Origin: Ministeria vibrans ATCC 50519
Taxonomy: Eukaryota > Protista > Filasterea
Reading direction: 5' to 3'
Assembly: GCA_943704425.1 (NCBI GenBank)
Contig: CALSCP010001344.1
Coordinates: 1 to 35,529 of the forward strand
DNA: 35,529 nucleotides
Shown here piece by piece: positions 30,785-35,529 of the stretch; positions within the stretch are counted from its first letter, which is position 1; every line of letters begins with the position of its first letter. A program made the translations under genes and the position numbers. The notes under the pieces are model-generated. The model saw only the letters and a list, made by a program, of their open reading frames with translations, did no database searches and was not told the DNA's origin.

Positions 30785-31858
30785 ATGAACGGTCCTGCTC
30801 GTGTGGAAACACGGACTGCAGCACGATATGCACGGGAGGGAGCCTACTCGTGGGAGAACGAGTACCATCGACGCGTTGGGCAACGCTCGGCGGGATTCGC
30901 TTCGGTGCCATGGCAACCGTATGTGCCGCTCGGTGCGCCTCCCGAGCTCGACACCAGCCAGCTGGTGATGCGCTCACTGGGTCGGCGACCCGTTGTCAAA
31001 GCGGCGGTGGCGCACGCAGACCGCACTGCCTTTCAGAAGGCACTTCTTCGCGACCCACCGCCACCTCGTCCTGTCACGCCCGAAAGCAGCGAAGCCGACC
31101 GACCACGCACGCTGGGGCAAGACGACAGCAACCGTGGGCGTGAACGTCGTCGACTCGAAGACAATGGCTACGAGAGACTACGCGAGGGCATCAAGGAGGC
31201 AGACCGACGCACTCGACGGGTGACCACTGCTGGCGTGCCATTGCACCGGCTCACGGCGATGCTCTCGCGCGAGCCAGGCATCGGCGAACGCTTCAACGAG
31301 ACACGCTACGCTGCCGACTCGACAGCGCGCATGCGTGCAGCAGCCACACAAGACGCCAGAGAACGAGGGGCAGCGCTGGAGAGCCGCGACGGAAGGCAGG
31401 CACCAAGCGAAGCCACGACTCCCTCGTCGACCATGTACATCACAGGCACCACCGCATCGTCATCCTCGTTTGCCCAGCCACGTCCACTCGCTATATCGCA
31501 CGCACAAGCGCTCGACGCCACAGCGCGCGTTGGTGCATTCGTCCAAGCGCGCTCCACGCCAACCACAAAGGAAGCCACAACACTACCACCACCACAACGC
31601 CAAACAGACCCCTCCAATCGCGTTCAATCACTTCGCTACGGATTCGACCGCGTTGCTCAGTCCAGTCGCTCCCACATCGACACTCTTCTCACGGCACGCC
31701 ATCAAAACCGCATTGCGCATTGGGAGACCACTCAGAGTGCGCTCGACACTGTGTGTGTGGCAAAACGGGTTTCGGCGGATTCGCAGAGTGATCTTTCGAA
31801 CATCAGACGCACTGCCCAGTCGCTGAGACAAAGCCAGCTTAACAGAGAAACAAAGTAA
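30785..31858 (+). CDS. hypothetical protein, 357 aa, R/S/T-rich
   Basis: Long single ORF with coding-like GC content between AT-rich flanks; no domain recognised. Confidence 0.7.
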   Translation: MNGPARVETRTAARYAREGAYSWENEYHRRVGQRSAGFASVPWQPYVPLGAPPELDTSQLVMRSLGRRPVVKAAVAHADRTAFQKALLRDPPPPRPVTPESSEADRPRTLGQDDSNRGRERRRLEDNGYERLREGIKEADRRTRRVTTAGVPLHRLTAMLSREPGIGERFNETRYAADSTARMRAAATQDARERGAALESRDGRQAPSEATTPSSTMYITGTTASSSSFAQPRPLAISHAQALDATARVGAFVQARSTPTTKEATTLPPPQRQTDPSNRVQSLRYGFDRVAQSSRSHIDTLLTARHQNRIAHWETTQSALDTVCVAKRVSADSQSDLSNIRRTAQSLRQSQLNRETK

Positions 31859-32120
31859 ACGGAATTTCTGGGTGAGACTGATTGAAATGATTGTGTCGTT
31901 TTGTGATGCAGAAAGAAAAAAGTTTACGACTGGTATTTCATCCTGATGGAATATGTCAATCAAGAGCGAAAGAAACGCAAACTGTCAACGGCAGAAGAAG
32001 TGCTCATTCGAAAGGTACAGAGCCAACTATAGCAAGTGTGACAGATTTTGAGAGTGAGAAGAGAGAGAGAGAGAAAAGAAGAGAAAGACATTTGGAGTGA
32101 GAGAAAAGGAGAGAATCAAG

Positions 32121-32358
32121 TACCCAAGGAGAGAAGAATTATTGTGACTTGCACCACTAATGTCACTCTCTTTCTCTGTGCAACGTGTTTTAGCTGCGTC
32201 GGGAAGCAGCAAAAGGCACAGTGCTGACGGAAGACACACTGAGCACACACATCAAGGGACTGGGAGTGACGGGTGAAGGAGAGTCCGCGCGTGCCCTCAT
32301 TGAGTTCATTGCACTCCATATTCTGTCCAATGAGCACTTTTTGTCCAGCGACACACTT
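32121..32358 (-). CDS. possible exon of an unrelated Cys-rich (PSI-like) protein
   Basis: The frame CVAGQKVLIG...DVCAQCVFRQHCAFCCF is open. The frame choice and splice sites are uncertain. Confidence 0.25.
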
Positions 32359-32441
32359 CCAAAATGGTTCAGAGCACGGCAATGACCAATGATATGATAA
32401 AAAGGAAAAAAGCTGTGTGTTTTCTTGAGATACAAAAAAAG

Positions 32442-32638
<197 letters not shown>

Positions 32639-32682
32639 AGATTTCAAAAATTGAAGAGGATCGGTAAGATGGCTGTGCGTAC

Positions 32683-33451
32683 AGTCGATCTAAAGATGGT
32701 TGCGCCAAAGAGAGGAGAGCGCTGGGCGATGCGAAGGTACTCTGCGACGGCCTCGCGACGACGCTGGCCACGCAGACTGTAGTAGACGGGCGGCAGACGT
32801 GCCTCCCAGTACCCGTCTCGATAGGTGCTGAGCATGCGTGCGGGCATAAACCCGACAATTGATTCTCGTCTAAGTCGAGGAGGTGCGTAGGTATGAGAGG
32901 GGGAGATATTTTATTCGTTTGCCTTACTGAAAACGATCGCGTCTAAGACACTTTGGGAAGTCACCGTCGCAGATTTGCAAGAAGAGCGCCGCAAGACGCA
33001 CAAGACAGTACTCGTCCAGCAAATATACTCCGCTCACAACCATATTCATCACCTGAAGACAAAAGCAATAATGTAAAACAGCGGCTCACACACCCTTTAT
33101 CATATTATTCGCATAAGCATTTCGTATTTACCTGAAGCCAGTAGAGCGTTTTGGCGGCGTCGTCGGGCAACTGCATGTCAGGAAGAAACAGGCGCACCTT
33201 CATGGTCATAGTAATGCTTCCAAACAACCCTTGGTCGCGCAGTGTTTGGTCCAGCTCAACCCAAGTGTCTACAGAGAACGGCTTCCTCCATCAACTTTTC
33301 TCTCTTTCTATCGCTTTGCTCTTTCTCCTTCCCCCCTCTCTCTATGCGTATGCTTACCATAACCCTCAAATTGAGGAATGGCAAGTCCGAAGAATTCAAC
33401 ACAGTGTGCTTTCACTTTGAAACACTCTGTGAGTGTTTGTTCCATCAGTGC
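32683..33451 (-). CDS. FERM-domain protein, internal four-exon fragment
   Basis: Spliced VEFFGL...|TWVELDQTLRDQ...MKVRLFLPD...TLYWLQ|...LAALFLQICDGDF...|...AEYLRIAQRSPLFGATIF matches FERM F1/F2. Microsatellites flank it on both sides. Confidence 0.8.
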
Positions 33452-33498
33452 CTACGCAACCAAACACATCCTCTTTTGTCAATCGCTCGAGTTTCGTC

Positions 33499-33533
<35 letters not shown>

Positions 33534-33560
33534 GGAGGGAGAGAGAGAGAGAGAGAAAGG
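33499..33560. repeat. (AG)n microsatellite
   Basis: Directly visible. Confidence 0.95.
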
Positions 33561-33583
33561 GTATAATTCGAATGGGGAGTGTG

Positions 33584-34799
33584 TTAGCGCCCGCGACCAC
33601 CACGGGAGCCACCGCGACCACCGCCACCACGGCCGCCTCGGGGCCCACCACGCCCACGCCCACGCATGCTGCCACCGCCCATGGTTGCAGCTGAGAGAAA
33701 GAGAAGGGAGGGGATGAGTCTCTCTTTTTAAGCAGGGGAGCAGGGGAATGGTGTGCTTGTGAGTGGTCACGTTACGCGGGTACAACAAAAAGAAAAAAGA
33801 AAAAATATTAAGAGAGAAGGTAGACGAGTGACTTCGTGCGTTGAGTGAGTCATGAAACACACTTCGAATTATTTTGATTCGAAAACTTCTTTGTGGCGGG
33901 GTTGACATACTTTCTGCCTTCTTTTGCTTTGTCTTGGGTGTGTCATCGACAAGAAGTGTGTCGAGCGGAAGTGGTTCGGGCAAAAGAATATATCTAGAAT
34001 TAATAGGAATGAGTTTAAGATTCATCTATTGATCGATCGCCTACCTGATATTATTGCCACGGACACTGAGTGTGTCCAGAGGCGTCACGTCGCCGCTCTT
34101 GGCCTTGAGCTTGACTGCTTTTAAGTGGGTGTTCATTGCCTGAAGGAAAAGAGACGACAAGTCAGACAACATATGACATTCGTAAATATACACCAACTCT
34201 GGGTGTGCATTGCCAAGTGCTCTCTCAACGCATGCCTCAGGGCGGTGTAGATATAAACAGGTCTTGAGGCGAGAGGTTCAACGTAACAATATGACATTTT
34301 GCAAATGATTCAACAAACACCGAGATGAGAGCAAGCGAGAGAGAATTCTGCGCGGTGGCGAGCATGGCGGCGCATCACAGCGCGGAGGTAAGCGTTTGAT
34401 CGGGATTTGACGGCGATTCTGACCAGGAGAGAGCAAATCAGGAAACGAGAAAAAAAAAGTAAGACTAACGAGAGAGAGACTGAATGAAAGCGCACACAGA
34501 GGCACGGAACAGAGCAATAGCAAGGCATCGCGCGCGATGGAGGGGGAGAGACAGGCAGAGGCGGACGGGAAAGCGGACCGTTTGGACGACGTTAAAAAAA
34601 AAGACATCAGAACGAAAAAAGCTCTGATGGAAACGCTGAGAAAGCCTGAGAGCGTTCTGACGACGGTGCGAAGAGTAGGGGCAGGGCGGAGGGGTACCTG
34701 GTCGACGCCTACGATGGTTCCGTGTACAGACTGTCCGTTTTTCAGTTCAATAGTGACTGTTTCGCCCGTCAGCTTCATCAAAAAGCGGTTCAACTTCAT
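33584..34799 (-). CDS. SNRPD1: small nuclear ribonucleoprotein Sm D1
   Basis: Exons 34799-34698, 34139-34045, 33993-33911 and 33690-33584 read [28 protein letters not shown]|.MNTHLK...LSVRGNNIR|[14 protein letters not shown], then an RG/RGG tail. Confidence 0.96.
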
Positions 34800-35089
34800 G
34801 TCTGTGTCTGTAGGGCCGTTGCAAGTGGGTGTGGAGAGAGAGTCGCTCACAGGTGCTATTAAAATTATTAATAATTACGACGAGTTTAAAGATCACTTTT
34901 AGTACTCATTCAGACGCCAGTGCAACCCGCTCTTCGCAGTCAGCACTCTTGTGTCGCTGTTTATTAAGGGACTGGCGAAAGTGAGGATCTTCAAGTGCGT
35001 TTCATGAGCTGTGCGATTTGTTTTTGATCTGAAAATGTTCACATTCGCATTAGAACCAACTGGACACTCTGCCGCGACTGGTGTCAAGT

Positions 35090-35529
35090 GTCTGTACTAC
35101 CAGGTAGGTGTTGGGGTGCGCTAGGAACGACGATACAGCGCGTTTCGTTGTGTTTGGGAGAACCTTCAAAAATTTGAAGGAATCGACTCGTTTGCGTACT
35201 ATGCGCCTTTGGCCCATCGCATGGAGCAGGGGTGTGTGTGTTTGTTGGAGCAAGGTGGCAGTGTGCTTTGGTGTCGAATTTGTGTTGTGTGTTGAGTTGT
35301 ACGGACGAAAGTGTTTTCGGTCGAGTCGAACTGGAATTAATTCTAGAAGACGATATTGTGGTGAGGGACAGCCCATATGGCATGGTTGGGTTACAGTGTG
35401 GGTGTCTGTTGGTGGTGGGGCATGGGTGAGAGTGTGTTTGTTATTATTAGTTTTGGTTTGTTTGTCATTCAGTGGATAAAATATGGCCAAAACAGAACAC
35501 TCTTCTTCTTGTCGCTGTAGAGAGTGGGA
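35090..35529. repeat. dispersed repeat, copy B (inverted relative to 16024-16475; runs off window end)
   Basis: 35313-35529 is nearly identical to the reverse complement of 16024-16236. Confidence 0.9.

Overview
Gene-dense genomic DNA from a unicellular eukaryote. It uses the standard code and has short GT-AG introns, mostly 48-70 nt. FERM, Costars, LIM and AP-5 genes point to an amoeboid or Amorphea-like protist, but that assignment is inference only. Manual splicing supports these genes: TRAPPC9/Trs120, SYS1, a 3' fragment of Notchless, a 3' fragment of a P4-ATPase, a myristoylated Costars+LIM protein, TatD, Rpt2/PSMC1, an ankyrin-MYND protein, a GFA/CENP-V protein, a TPR protein, a kinesin, AP5S1, an acylphosphatase, a FERM fragment and SmD1. 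The standout is an 11-exon minus-strand gene (15916->11145, about 1365 aa) that the ORF track splits into many pieces. Spliced, it reads in frame as WD40 repeats - Roc GTPase - COR-like region - caspase-family protease with the His/Cys dyad intact. Six consecutive WD40 repeats are each encoded by an exactly 126-nt phase-2/phase-2 exon. This looks like a single-chain sensor-switch-protease immune or cell-death receptor with a shuffle-ready sensor. Its upstream ~450 bp recurs inverted at the window end. Several genes break off at (AG)n satellites, which suggests chimeric assembly joins. All calls come from motif recognition by eye; no database searches were run.
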